Source: Phoronis australis (lineage: Eukaryota > Animalia > Phoronida). Taken from it: a stretch of 63,230 nucleotides of DNA. Below, one piece after another: positions 24,879 to 38,449 of the stretch (the first letter of the stretch is position 1; every line of letters begins with the position of its first letter). The translations under genes and the position numbers were made by a program. Location: positions 691,291-754,520 of the forward strand of contig NMRA01000116.1 in NCBI GenBank assembly GCA_002633005.1, written 5' to 3'. The notes under the pieces were generated by a model. The model saw only the letters and a program-made list of their open reading frames with translations. It was not told the DNA's origin and made no database searches.

Positions 24879-27800
24879 CGTGGATCGGACTTCCCGGCGA
24901 CTCGGACGCCACGACACCTGCCACCCGTGGCGGGAGCAGTCTTGATTAACACCTGCTTCTAAATCTGGATTTAAGCAAAATGACAAAGTCCACGCTTTCA
25001 CATATGCAAGCGTATCCAAATACAATTAAATGTATTTTAATGTGAAACCATTCAATGTTCTTTGAACATTGACTTGTGAGTTCTTAATTTTCTTAGATCT
25101 GCCCAATCAGGTAGAACTGCGTTTCAAGTCATTCACCGGAGGGTTCAAATTGGAAGTTCGCGTCGTATGACATCGTATGACGTCATATGACGTAGGAGAT
25201 GCGAGCCTCATTTGCTTATACAAGTGACATCTGTTGGTTCAAAAAAAGGATCATGCCCGAGTACATGCCTGGTAAGGGGCATCTTTTTAAGGGTAAAACA
25301 AGTCATATTCAAAGCATCCTAGTGCCATTAATATGCAGTCTTTGGGGACCAAAGTGGTGTCATTTTATAGCTAAAGAGTTAAGCTTTCGAACACAATGCT
25401 TGGATTCCAGACGACTTTTACATTTACTTTTGAAATCACTTTTGAATATGTTAAAATGCGCTAAAACAGTTGTCCCTTCCTGGTTATCTCTTCCTGATTT
25501 TACGTAGTTGTTACATTTCACGTCGAACGCACATGCGAGAAATGTACCATTATTACATTTTACGAAACCCACGTCATATTGCAAAAAAATGACCAAAATC
25601 ACGAACAAGTGGTATCTGACACGGTCTGGGGTGGGGCTACTGTGCCCGGTTGCATGAAACAGTCCCTAATTAGGGACTTATCCAAATTCCCAAACTAGTT
25701 AGGGAAGTTCCTATGAGGATTTTGTTTAAGGACTGTGTCAGAGATTTACTGTGGGTTTGTTTAAAAGGTAGCTATGCTTTGAGATTGTGCATAGATGGAA
25801 AGTGAATAATCAAATCCAGTAATTAATTTATTATATGATAACCCCTAATTAGACAAATGAAACCTATTGTTAATTAAGTAACCAAGTACAAAGAAAAGTA
25901 GCTACACTAGCGCCCTCTTTAAAGATTACTTTAATCAACCCAAATAATCAAATGTCTTATCTGCTATCCAAGCTAGGACTCTCCACTTGTTGGATGTCTG
26001 TCCTGTTGGTGAATCTTCGAACTACACACACACTGTATAGCGGTAGTGTACTTGCTGGTCACCGTCTTTGGTGATGCAACACTTGCAGGCAATTTCTTCT
26101 ACCTGCGATTCTCCTTGCTGGTCACAGTCTCTGGCTGATGGCACAACACTTCAGGTAGTATCTTTCTACCCACGATGCAAGTGACAAGCTCTTAGTTAAC
26201 TTCCTGTTCGTTAAGGTGGCACTGAATAGTGGGGCTGCGGCCGCGGCCAATTTGCACTGCCAAAATATAGAAATTTTGGGGTAGGCCAAGTTTGGGGGCA
26301 TTTTGTAAGTGGGCATTGCACGTAGGCTCAGTGAATGTGGTTTGTTTGTATTTGTGAACATGCTGTGAATAAAAAAGGCCACTTTCTTGGCTGTAGCTGC
26401 ACTGTTCTTCAAGATGGCGACCGCCGGCTGCAATTGTGCATTGTTGGGTAGCGACCGAGAAATTGGCTGTGATTTTAGGTAGCCCTCAAACAAGCAAGAA
26501 TTGCCAAAAAACTAATTGGTTGACAGTACTTTTGGACCACATTTTCGGAATCGGTAGGAAATTTGCTTTCAGGCTCTAATGTTGGTTTTAGTCGTGCATC
26601 GGCAGGGAAGTGGTGTTTTTCGGGTGAAAAGTGCCGATTTTGCATGCCATTCTTTGCATCCTGCTTTTGACAAAGTGAAGAAAAGGTTACAAATCAAGTG
26701 ATGTGTGTTTTGCTAGGCAAAACCCAGTGAGAACTGTTCTGTGCTTCCTAACCCTTGCCCTTGCCAAGATCCTTTCCAGAATCTTCCACGAGATGGCTCT
26801 GTGGTAGAATTTCCTCTATACACTGTAGCAAGTCTTTATGCTTCAAGTACTACAGCGCATCTGATTATCTTGTTGATTTCAGCCCATAATATAACATTCT
26901 ACTTATTTAGTGATTGGCTAATAAACACCGCATGATCACATCATATCCAATCATATTAATGGCTGTTACAATTTGTTCTCAGAATTTTCTAGAATCTCTA
27001 GAGTACTTTGACCCCAGAACCCAAAGTTGTAAACACCATCTAAAAATAGTTTTTGACGTTAAAGTACATGTCAACCAGTCTTACCCTATGATTTAAAAGT
27101 ACAATATGCACAAATTTTGGGCAACTTAAAATGGATTTATTCTTACTAATTACTTAATCAATATTTATTCTGACAGACTGTTGCATGAGGATGTCCTACA
27201 CTCGGTCCTTATTGGGAGTGCCCTAAATCCTAAGTAAGTTACCAAAGTCGTGGCTAAGGTCGCTTAATATGGCAAAAATTGCTAACAACGAGAAAATACC
27301 TGTCGCATTTATGTCCTCTGTTCCACCTTTTAAATGATTGTATGAGTAGAGTGCACAGTCAATGTGTATTACCTGAGAATTCGAGTTTTCTACTGCTGTT
27401 GAGAGAGCAGACGATCGATTGTGGCAGCCCACGCTAATAGTCCAGTCATTCTACGGATAACCCGGAAAAATTGCAAAAGAAGGTTTTTTTTTGCATAAAT
27501 CGTATCCTTTCACACCCCTTAGTGGTAAATAAAAGTCTACCGGAATTGGAATGGCGGAAGTTGGTTCTTCAAGATGGCGGACGAAATGGCTGCCAGATTT
27601 TCTGATGCTCAATATAACTCAAGAGTGAAATGTGATAGAGTAGAAATTCAAACAGGTTTACCTATGTTTTGTGGGTCAATAAATCCACTGGAAATGGTTT
27701 TGCATGGCTGTGGTGACACCGTCCGCCATTTTCCACGATGGCCGCCAAATCTACTTGAGTCGCACAACTTCGCGCTAACAGATTAGTTTGCCGTCTTGCT

Positions 27801-28173
27801 TCAAACGTCGCATCATAGGTTTTCTGGGTCGACTAATCCATTGAGACTCATTGCATTTGGCACTAATGATTACTTTCACCATTTCCAAGATGGCGGACAA
27901 AATGGCCGAAAGATTTGCAGATGATCATTATAACTCGAGAGTGGAATGTGATAGAGTAAAACTTCATTGGCCATTGATTCTTCTGACGAACTATTCTCTG
28001 TCACTGCGAATTCTGAAGACCTATACTCTGATTCAGTCGTGTTTGAATATACCAATGGCAGTAGGTCGGAAGCCAGAAGTGAACTCTCGTGAGGGCATTC
28101 TGCTGTAATCCAAGGTTCAGAATCGGAAGACACTGGCTGGGCATGGCATGCCCCAGAGTATACATCTAGTTAT

Positions 28174-28944
28174 TGTCAGAATATAGACTGACACTGCTTT
28201 TAGTTGTATTGTTTTGTTTTGTTTTGTTAGTCTGTTTGATTGGCATTACCCCTGAGTTAAGTACAATGATGATGTAATTTGTTTACTGCAGAATAGTATG
28301 GAACTTTCTAGTAGACTGAGTTCAGTAGTAATGATGTAATTTGTTTACTACAGTATTGTGTGGAACTTTCTAGAAGACTCACGACAGTGATTAATGCAGT
28401 CTGGAATATTCTAGAGACTAGTATATGTTTGTAGAATGATTGGGTAGATTCAGGAAAGTTCTAGAATGTGCTTGAATTGATGTAAAATTCCAGAACAATG
28501 CATTAGGCTATAAATACACAAGCACGGGTTTGTGTTAGGCATATCAAGTCAGTTCAAGAGAAGATTAAGTCGGTTCAAGAGAAGATCAAGTAAATTCAAG
28601 AAAGTTAATCAGGAGAACTACAGTTGAGTTGAAGTGAAGAGAATCAGCAGTTACAGCGATAGTCAATAGAGAGCCAGCAATAGAGACAGCAGGTTATTGA
28701 ATCGACGAGTGTAACAGTTGCTGAACGTGTCTCAGAAGTTCATCACAAGTCAAGGCTTCGCAACATTGACTGGAGCATAAACAGACATTTCGTCGGACGT
28801 TTTGTTTGAGTAGGCTTGTGAACATACGGTTGAGATTAATAAAGGATTAACTCGAACCAGTCTTCAGTCAATCGTCGCACCGAAAGCTATTATCACCGGT
28901 CTGTAACAACCTGCGCCCACCCACACACGGGGAAAAACGTGACA
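28174..28944 (+). mobile_element. Solo LTR (771 bp) with 5-bp TSD GTTAT
   Basis: GTTAT|TGTCA ... TGACA|GTTAT. TATAAAT at 28509-28515 and AATAAA at 28838-28843. No internal retrotransposon sequence. Confidence 0.85.
28300..28515 (+). promoter_or_regulatory. Cluster of heat-shock elements upstream of the LTR TATA box
   Basis: Perfect nGAAnnTTCnnGAAn at 28362-28376 (gGAActTTCtaGAAg) and 28453-28467 (gGAAagTTCtaGAAt). Near-perfect copies at 28300 (gGAActTTCtaGTAg) and 28403 (gGAAtaTTCtaGAGa). Two-unit aTTCcaGAAc at ~28487. Confidence 0.65.
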
Positions 28945-31381
28945 GTTATGTGATCAGTTGGGATGTCTGAAGAATCTGTTTCCATAGTCTGACGAGCCAA
29001 AATTTGTGTACAAGCATTGAACTGCTCCATCTCTTGGCCTGGAATCTGTGTGTTCTGTGTTGGCGACATTCCGGAGTCCTGGAATTTCTGAAGAACTTGA
29101 ATTTCTTTCTTCATAAGTTTTGGATTGGCATTACTTGATCTGTCAATATTTGGAAGTGGGATGTTGAATGTTCTGGCTTTTATGATAGCATTCAGTGCTG
29201 AGTCTACCAACATATGCCCCCTCACTGCTCTATCCACGCTTTTTCCATTTAACATAAGGATCACACTGTTTGATGCATTCACCGTCTCAAGAACTCATTG
29301 AAGCCCTGTGCTTGACATTACGTATCCAATACATTCCAGAAAGCTCATCTCAGTATGAAATCTTCCAAGCCTGGCTAAGAACAAGTGACGGCAGATCACT
29401 GTCGTTTTGTTTGCTGACGCTAATTTCCTCTAAAATCAGTTACCCATGTTCATAAAAAGCATGCATATTAAACAAATTGTGAGTCCTAACTGTTAAAATT
29501 TAATTATTAATAACTTTTTGTTACACAATCCTATTTGCTTTTCATCATATTCAGGTGAAATCAGCAGCCAAATTATCAATACATGCCAGCAGCAGACGAA
29601 ATCGATGCTTGGGAACAACTAATAATATCTCCAATAGCAGAGCAAAAAGCCACTTCCTGCCCAATTTTATTAAGGGTTTGTGTAATGAATAAGCCATTAA
29701 ATCCGCCAGAATAACATATTTTTCTAACAAATATTATTTTTGATACCTCAAATGAATATATTTTACAGAAAAATAATTGAGTTTGTGAAATGTATTATAA
29801 AAATTTAACTAAAGCCTTTTCTGAACAACACACCAATTTTTATGTTATATAATCTAAAATCTGATTAAAATTCCACATTTAGTATGTAAATCTTGAAAAC
29901 AAATTGTAGAAACAATCAACTCATTAACCCTGACTGCAGATTGTAAAATGTATTTGTGTAAATGCGTATCAGGTTACAAACAAAGTTTGCAATACGTAAA
30001 TGCGGTAAATTGGGATTTGTGAATTGGCTGCCATTTTAGCGGCCATTTTGTCAGCCATCTTGATTTTTTTCTCGGAAACCAGTGACCAATTGTAAGGTCC
30101 AGATATTTTCAATTGTCTAACTTACAAAGGAATAAAACTTTGCCATTTTCAGGGCAAAATATAAAAAGAAATCTTGCAACATGTACCAAATTGCCGTTTC
30201 GGCCGCCATTTTGTCGGCCATATTGGTTTTATTTTACGGAAAATTGGCATCTTTTGATTGGTATGCCTGTTATGAAAAGTAAGTAATCAATGACAAACTT
30301 TATTGTTTTATTTTTAGCTGTTACATAAGAGTAATATGCCAGAAAACAGTAAACACCGGTTTTGTCGGACATTTTTTCCGCCGTCTTGAAAAACCGACTT
30401 CCGCCACTCCGATTTCGGTAGATTTTTTGACACCAGGGATGTTTGAAGATGCCATTTATGCAAAAAAATTGTTGCGAGTTTTTTCTAGGTTGGGCCCTCT
30501 GGAGCCCTAGAATGACTGGAGTATAATGCAAATTAAAAAACAGCGAACTGGAGTGGTGAGAATACCAGAATCTCCGGTAGGAGTCGCTGCACTTCCTGCC
30601 GCACGTGCTGTTAAAGTCGTCTGCCCCGCGTATTAAGTGAGACGTGGGGTAGGTCGTGGCACTGTAGTAATCGATAAATTCAGTTTATGATGGAACTACA
30701 ACTTCAGTGGGCGACATCACGCCTTTCCTGTTCTACAACTCCAGCTTCTCTCTCTTTTTAGCTCGCTGTCGCTAATGTCTCGAGGTGGTTAGCCCTGTCA
30801 CGAAAAAATCTTTTTTTTCAACAACAACATGAGCTTGATCAGCCATTTTATTGCTAGGGACTCAACTTAGGGACTTACATGTACTTTAGGTAACCGCAAA
30901 AGTTGAGTCCCTATTTAATGCCTAAACTAACAGAACTTTTCATGCAAAAGTCCATAAAATTTAGGGACGTCCCTAAGACTTAAAGTCCTGGTCACCAACG
31001 TTGTTAACCCTTATTACATGGTTAGAGGATGTTATAAGGATCTAGGAAGTACTTACCCTATAACTAATACATGATCCGTACTCGAAAAAGTTTAAATGAA
31101 CGCGCCACTCACGATTCGCACCCGAAAAACCACCGCCATTTTGAACTTACCGCGAACCCGGAAGTACAATTCATTCAGGAACCCAGGCTAAGAAAACGCC
31201 GTCAGTGCGACTGGAGCAGTGCCTGTTACCAGCCTGCAAACGGGGATAAAATAATCGACAGCGCGCCTTAATTTTAATAAAATCAAAATACGGACACTTT
31301 TATCGAATTTGCTGAGGAAATGTGGCGAATAAATTTTGGCAGAAATTATTTTGCCGGACTCGGGACCGCAGCCTATCGGAC

Positions 31382-32342
31382 CAGTGGCGGATCTAGGATA
31401 TCACAAGGGGGGCAACATTTTGTCCGGCTGAAAGCATTTGCGCAAACCACGATTGTAAATGCGCATAGCACCGAATGGGGGGAGGTCGGGAGGTGGGCAA
31501 GCCTAGAAAATTTTTGTTTTTTCCCCTAAAAATCAAGCATTGTCCTTGATTCCTGAAGAATTATTCAAGAAAAAAGACAAAAGAAAACACGGAGAACGTG
31601 TCAATCAGGAAAAAGTGCAAGTACCACAGACTCGAACTCACGACCTGGCGGATAGAGCGCGCGTGCCTTACCACTACACCACCACGATTTAACTACTACT
31701 CTTAAATGTATATCAAGAGACCTACTTATTAATGTTCGACAGCGTTTCCGCGCGAAACCTACTTCTTTTCGTAATGTTTATTACACGTTTTATATTTTGT
31801 GCAGTCGGTTCTTAACAACTTTGTTGTATTTAAAATAGTCTTCAAATGCCCAAAAGACCAAATCCGTTTTTCGTGTTGGCAATAATGACGGGATTGCTTT
31901 GGAAATCGTCTTAATTAAGGTTTGACAAGAGAGAATTATGAGTTTCTGAGTGATTCAGTAAGGCTTCGATTAAAATTCACATGTTACCAGCGGCTTCTGT
32001 TTTTTCATCGTTACTCAGGTTCCATTTTCTTTAAAAAATGAAGTAAATTTTCTTCATTGCACAGTGGAGCAGACGACGGAAACGGAGTCGTAGTGCGCAG
32101 CGCCACTGCCGGTCGCCTTGGATGTCGCGGGAGAGCCTAAACTTAGCCATAGTTCCGTTACGAATGCGCCGTGTTCCGAATTTAACACTTGAAATTGGAT
32201 CTGAGCCCACCCCAAACACTGAAACTGCACACATTTAAATCTTATTTCATCTGCATAATTTTAATTACCGGGGTTAATTAATAAACTCAACATTTCCCTA
32301 CGGTCTTGCTGTTTTATTTTTTTCGGCAGCCAAGGGGGGGGG
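31382..32342. mobile_element. hAT-like element copy 2 (right end truncated)
   Basis: Starts CAGTGGCGGATCTAGGATATCACAAGGGGGG and aligns by eye along nearly the whole of 9527-10490. Confidence 0.8.
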
Positions 32343-34249
32343 TGTTCAAATCATAAATGCCATATACATTCAAAGGTAGTTTCAGACACTTGCATAAAAT
32401 TACGGGCTGGTTAGTCCTGTGTCACACTGCCGCGGCAGCCCTTAGCTAGCCTCAGTTCCAGCTACCAGTATGAAGACTACAGCTTGTTATTAGGCCTGTA
32501 CAGCTTTACGCCAAGACTACCCTTAGGCCTACCTGGTCACTGGCCACAGCGCTCGCTCAAACGAGGTTTATTTAGAACTTGGGTACTTCTGGCGAACTGT
32601 GCAAAGTTGTTGGCTTTCAACAGAGATTTTCCCAGACTTTGTATGAGCGCACCAATTAAGCCTCAAATTGGGGGGCTGGAATTTTTGGGAATGTCAATCT
32701 TTTACTAATAAGATTCATTGGGTATGTTCAGAGTTATGTATTGTCGCAAAATTTTGTACTTCCTGTCTTTTAATGGAATATTGTCTCGTTTTCTACTTTT
32801 TTCGGAGTTCGTGCTTCTCTGACTGAGGCATACCTTTCTACATTTCTCCAAATAGGGACTCGTTCGCCGGAGCACATAAGTATGACAAGTCCAATTCAAA
32901 ATATTATCATTTTTATTCATTAAGCCAAAATGATTCAACCTTTGAACATAATAAGTAACTTAAAATGCACAATACTTTACAACATTTAGCATTACAAACA
33001 CTATTCAACACCAAAAGTTTCCATGATATGAAAGTGGACATACATGTAACTATTACCATTGTGACCGAATAGTCTTTCCTTACACCAGAATTTGACAAGC
33101 ATGATTAAAAAAATATGAAGTTGCAAGGAATAAGAAGTGGAGGCTTGCAGCTTCACAATACAACATAGCTTATTTATCAAATTAAGATTATTCATATTGT
33201 TGACTTGACAACCTGAATTAAGAAGCAATAAGTTACAAAACATGACTTGAAAGTAATTGAGACTTAAAATTTACAAAAATATGAATCATTTTGTGACACC
33301 TAATCAAGCCTTGAACAGCAGTTGACAGTCAAACAAAAAACCATTTCGAAATCATTTCAACTATTTTTTAGCTTAGTGTAAGATCACCTGAATGGGAAAT
33401 TCACAGTAAAATAATTCGAATATATCTTATATTTTTGCACAAAAAGCACGAAAATTGAACGAAGTTCCTTTTTTGTAGCAACGTTTGTCAAAATGTATCA
33501 ACGTTAAATCTTCACAAATCCCAAAGTAACAGGTTGAACATGCCTTCCAGTTCAGCAAAAGTCGCCACGTTGTCGGTGCCGCCAGAAATGAGACGAAATT
33601 CAACGGGAATTGTGAGCACATTTAACGTTGTGAACGGATTAACAGACTGCGTTCGAATCCATTACGACATTGGTTAATTTCAACACCTCCGTTTGCCGTC
33701 AGGTGTCACGTAAAACAGCTGAACTTGCTCTTATCGAGTGCAACTACTCGATCTAAATTGATACAAAATAGATTGTTTTTTTGGGTGGCATTCTCCTTTA
33801 ATCTATCACAACTAGTACATGTGCGCCCTCTAGTAATGTAAAGATTCTCGAATAGCCCCATTATATCTCTGTATTTAATTGCCTTGACTTTACGAAACTT
33901 GATCGAACATTTTGATACATTACTGAAGCCACCCCTAGAGCGCGTGTTACAGCAAATCTGAACGATGTTTAGTTTTGAAGATATATTCTGAAAATGCATA
34001 AAAAAGTGGATTAGTGAAATATGCTGTTTTAAGATACATTTATGAAAAGAAGCGATACTCCCACTGTTAATTGACATATTGTGAATAGCAACACGTCCGG
34101 GTATTCGTTTGACGTTCGTAAACAGGCAAACGCTGGAAACTTCAACGCTAGATGTCGCGGGACCGCTCAGAAGCGAAAACTGAATAGGATCGTTCACGAC
34201 TTTAGGGCACTCACGACTTTAGGACCTCCGACTGTTCCGAGTATCTATG

Positions 34250-34790
34250 GTCTAACGCAGCTCATCACACAGTGTTACTTAGCTGTTTTTGCGATAGTCT
34301 TCAAACCGCTAGCTGGATGGCTACAAGATCTGCAGTGCGCACTTCGATGTTTCGTATTACTGTTCCGGCCCGGCGTATCGGGAATCCGGCCAAAATCCGG
34401 AATATTTTGATTTGGGCCGTTCCCGTAACAGAATTCTGATAGGCCTACGGGCGGCCCATATCAGAATATATTTTTTGATTTAATTAAAAACGTTAAATTG
34501 AATACAAATCCTTATAACTCGGTATGTTTTCATGCAGTCGAGACTTTATTTTATAGTTTTAACATATTACAGATACCAACAAGCTGTGTTGCTATTAAAT
34601 TTTCGATCTTTGTGCAAGTGAAGTTGACCGAGTCTATATTCAGGTTGCAGGATTTCAAGGCGCATTATTTTGAAAATTAAGTTTATAATATAAAATAATA
34701 TTCCATGAATTTGGATATAATTGCTTTATACGAAAAGACCAAGCTAATATGTGTTGTAACTTTTCCACGTATTTTGCACCAAATTAAACG
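34250..34790 (+). repeat. Dispersed repeat copy homologous to ~16250-16750
   Basis: Shared GCTAGCTGGxTGGCTACAA...CACTTCGA...GGGAATCCGGCCxAAATCCGGAATATT...ATTTCAAGGCG blocks. Confidence 0.7.
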
Positions 34791-36239
34791 CGTTTTTTTC
34801 GCAGGAAAAAGTCTCCAAAATGGTGCCATTATCGACAAAATACTATCTAAAAGGTGCCTTTTCTAATTTTCTGGAACAGAACTGTGGGAAAATTTGAATT
34901 TTTCCACAAAATTGATCTCTGAATGTGTCAATTTTTTGTCCGAGCCCACTCCTTAAACGGGTAAGTATCCAAAATTTTCGGGCGGCTCCCCTCGTCCAAA
35001 AATACTCTAGTACCCCCGGCCGTGTCAGAAACCACTCATTCGTGATTTTGGTCATTTTCTTTGTAATATGACGTTGGTTTCGTAAAATGGAACAATGGTA
35101 CATTTCTCTCATGTGCATTCGACGTAAAATGTAACAACTACTTAAAATGTAAAAACTTGCTACAGTTTAGGATAGGCTTAGCAAGGTAAAATGTAACAAT
35201 GAAGTAGAATGTAACAGTTGTTACATTTTACGACAGTGTTACATTTACGGCGTAACATGGCTTGTTGTGTAGCAGCAAACGAAGTGGTGGGTTATTACAT
35301 TTCAAACACATCTGTTCATACATTAGTAAACAGCAAATGGATAACTACAATGATTTTATTCGATTCCAATGATTTGTCCGATTTTTCTATGAAAACAAAT
35401 TCGTGATCAACCTAGAAACTCACTCTTTCAGGGATTTCAGATTGTCCATTCGAAATGCCGAGCACACTGCACGGGTTATGTCTTTACATGCCCTACAGGA
35501 AACATCAATATTAAGATTATCTCGAGCTTTATTTAATGGCCTCCAACCTAACTCGTATATTGAAAAGAACCAGGTTTTGTCAACTAGTAAAAGTATATAT
35601 ATTCTGAAAAAAAAAGTCCAGGATTTATAAAAATATGTTTTGTATTCATCTGGCATTATTATGACATTAACACCTTTTAAAGTAATTTTTCATTTTTAAG
35701 AAAAGTACATTCATAGGAAAATAACGTCTCTGTGGATTTTAATGAAACCTTTTTAAATGAAAACTTCACCAGTTACCTCAAAAGCGCTGTTAGGAATGTT
35801 TTGTTAGTCTTTTAGTTTTGTTGACAAATCAACTCGCAAAACGTAAGGTATTGTTGTAAAAATAGCAGTCGTATTCGTCGTTGTCACATTATCCAAACCT
35901 AGGCCCTTATATCGAAAATCAGAAAAGCATTTTTGAGATTGATGAATTAATATTAAGTTTGGAAAGTTTCAGCGAAATCCACCTGGCTGTTTTCCAGAAC
36001 TCGTGTTCCTAAGTTCAAATAAGTCAATTTGCGGAAGCCGTGAAAAGGTCGATTAAGTTGGGTTGCGTGAAAATCTCAAGGTCTTCAGTTAATTATTTTT
36101 TAAAACATGTTGTCGGTCAATATAACCTGTACATTCCTGTAACCAGGTTCGCTAATTCAACATTTACTCGAAATGCCAACTGAATTTCCCCTGCGTAATT
36201 AACTTGATTATCACTAAAACGTTACCGTCTCCAGTCCCA

Positions 36240-36799
36240 AAAGCGAAATCAACTGTTGACCTACTTTGTTGACCTACTTAAGAGTCAACAGTTCATTGTT
36301 ACACACACCACACGCAGGAAGACTAGTGATATGAAACCAAGTGCGAAATGGATAACAGAAATCGAGACGGTGGTTAAAGCACGTCGTGAGCATGAAATCG
36401 GAACAGCGAAATGTCAAGTTACCTATCAAGCTCTTGGGTTATCTGCAGCTATGAATGTGGCTTTACTTAAAGAAGTTCTTGCGTGCAATCCATACATAGG
36501 ACAGGCAACTGAGAAATGATTGTGACGTTTAAGGATATTTCAAACCATATTCACAAAAATTGGCCATATTTCAAATATGTCTAGCGAAACATTTGTCTTC
36601 ATCCTCCTGAGGGAGTTGTGCGTCGGCATGCATACGACCGTAGAGAACTAAAATGGATTTTTTACTGATATGATTTGTGTTGCTAAATGTTTAACATGCT
36701 TAATTTACATGATAGAACGTTATCCCGGGGGAATGTTCCAAGAAACTGGCTTAAGTTCATTTTTGACTTAAGTTTAACATTTGTCTTGGATCGGGCCCC
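36240..36799 (+). mobile_element. Harbinger-like remnant with Myb/SANT-like accessory ORF fragment
   Basis: Peptide MNVALLKEVLACNPY...TEK* resembles the DxxLLxEVLAxNPF...W motif of Harbinger accessory proteins. Harbinger-like end ACTTAAGTTT...TCTTGGATCGGGCCCC. Confidence 0.35.
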
Positions 36800-37352
36800 A
36801 GGTCTATAAGTTGGCCGATCACGGCGTGCTATTGTGTGAGCAGAACTTGGTCTCAACGAATAACGAACTGCATCAGTTCAATATTTGCTTACCTCAAAAA
36901 CAGTTGTCATCTGAGTAACAACCAAGTTGAGACCAATTACATAGCTGAAAGTGGTCGAAATTAGAAGTTTGCTTCATGGGAAGAGCGTGGGTTTATGTAT
37001 GCTTTGATGAATGGAGATTAGGTATATTAATATTGGGACTTGTAATGACACTTCACTCAATATTTGTACGTCGAGCAAATCAAGTCATTTGATATTGAAA
37101 AGTACACGTGGCTTGTGAAAAATAAATTCGTGAACGGAAAGGCTTATTCCTCTAAGTACAATAAAATATATATTTGGAGTTTGAGAATGAGATCTGAGAT
37201 TAGAGCCTGGGTGAAAGTGAGTTGGTCAGTTTTTACGAAAAACGCCGCAAATCTGGATTTCGCCACAAAATTACAAACATAATTTCTTTTCAGGTATATC
37301 ACTTTAGTTTGTTGCTGCAACTTTGAGTAAAGAGAATCAACCAAGGACAGTC

Positions 37353-37455
37353 ATGGGCGCAGATGCAAAATTTGTCTTTCTAGTAATATCGGTTTCCGTC
37401 GCAATAACTACGATGTACATCATCATACGAAGTAACCAACTGGGAACTGTTAAAA
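37353..37455 (+). CDS. Alpha-1,3-fucosyltransferase coding exon 1 (cytoplasmic tail + type II transmembrane anchor)
   Basis: ATG at 37353 gives MGADAKFVFLVISVSVAITTMYIIIRSNQLGTVK, followed by A|GTAAGT (phase-1 donor). Upstream acceptor TTTCTTTTCAG at 37293. Phase matches the 46600 acceptor. Confidence 0.8.
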
Positions 37456-37601
37456 GTAAGTTTAACATACATTTATGATTAGAAGCTGAGGAATCTGCTC
37501 TGCATATAGTTCACAATAATAAGAATACAACGAAGCTAATGGGCCCTGGCGAAAAAATATAGACATCTGGTTTAAAAGTAATGTATTATACCAAAAAACA
37601 A

Positions 37602-38270
37602 TGTTTTTGTACGCCCACATGTTACATATTGGCTCATTATGCCGCATCTCTGTCTGTCCATCCGTCCCGCGTCCGCTGCTGTATCTACAAAACTCCTTAA
37701 TGTGTATTCATGAAATTTTGGGATGGCATAAGCAAACTTTGGGACGGATCCGACAACCGGTTTGCCCCTAGTGACAATTTTATTTTTTTAAGTTTGCCTC
37801 TTTATCTTCGGAGTTCCTTTACGGATTTTCATGATATTAGTCAAATAGGAAGATGCCACCGTCACGTTTTAAAATTGATTCGACATAATTTGTGCCAAGT
37901 AGCGGCCATTTTTGCTATTCTTTACCGCCCCTGTATAGGTCAAAACACCGTTAGAATGATTATGAAAATTGAAATGCATATATGTTGCTACTGGAAGGAG
38001 GACGACTGACGATGTTTTTTGGAAGGCTCTAACTACAGTAGCTCCTCCTACTGGCATTTTCACTCCATGGCTATATCTCTTAAACATTCTGCAAGATCTT
38101 TGTTAAATTTGCTGAGTGTGTTTACATGAAGGTGACAACGGGTGACGACGACTTTTGGATGGATCCGACTATCGCTGTGCCCCCACCGTCAGTTCTACAT
38201 TTTTACGGTCGTGGCAGGTGTGTTCCTATTGAGGGGAGCATTGCTGGCTTGCTATGAAACACCTACTGAT
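37602..38270. mobile_element. Helentron-associated/HINE-like interspersed repeat
   Basis: Begins TTTTTGTACGCCC followed by a GTCT/GTCC microsatellite-like tract, with internal subrepeats (GGAxGGATCCGAC...TGCCCC twice). Family assignment rests on this architecture only. Confidence 0.4.
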
Positions 38271-38449
38271 TACTTTAGGTTTACTAGCTTTGTTAAATTT
38301 AGTTGGAGTATTTACAACTACAACAGACAAAACTCAGGGCCATTGGCGCACAGTTCAGCATAGCTACAAACGGTTTAATCTTACCATCAAGTACTCATAA
38401 TTTCGCTCCTATTTACCAGTCCTTTTTGACTGAAGGATGCTGTATTTTT

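Larger units (their letters stand above)
27438..30523 (-). mobile_element. Internally deleted Academ DNA transposon with transposase fragment
   Basis: TAA|TAGTCCAGTCATTCTA ... TAGAATGACTGGAGTA|TAA: 3-bp TSD and ~150-bp imperfect TIRs. Minus-strand peptide ASNSVILMLNGKSVDRAVRGHMLVDSALNAII (~29180-29280) resembles the MLSGKAxxRAVRGHxLVDAAL motif of large invertebrate Academ-type transposases. Confidence 0.75.
25642..30990 (-). mobile_element. Decayed PIF/Harbinger-like element hosting nested insertions
   Basis: Left end GCCCGGTTGCATGAAACAGTCCCTAATTAGGGACT. Related TAGGGACT/AGTCCCTA/TTTCATGCAA motifs at 30855-30990. Minus-strand peptide RFFRDRANHLETL then, after a frameshift, SDSELK (~30760-30812) resembles the HARBI1-type N-terminus. 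Right boundary uncertain. Confidence 0.45.

Noticed and set aside
33706-34197. 163-aa minus-strand ORF
   Set aside because: Runs across a Kolobok-like terminus and non-coding repeats; no domain features.
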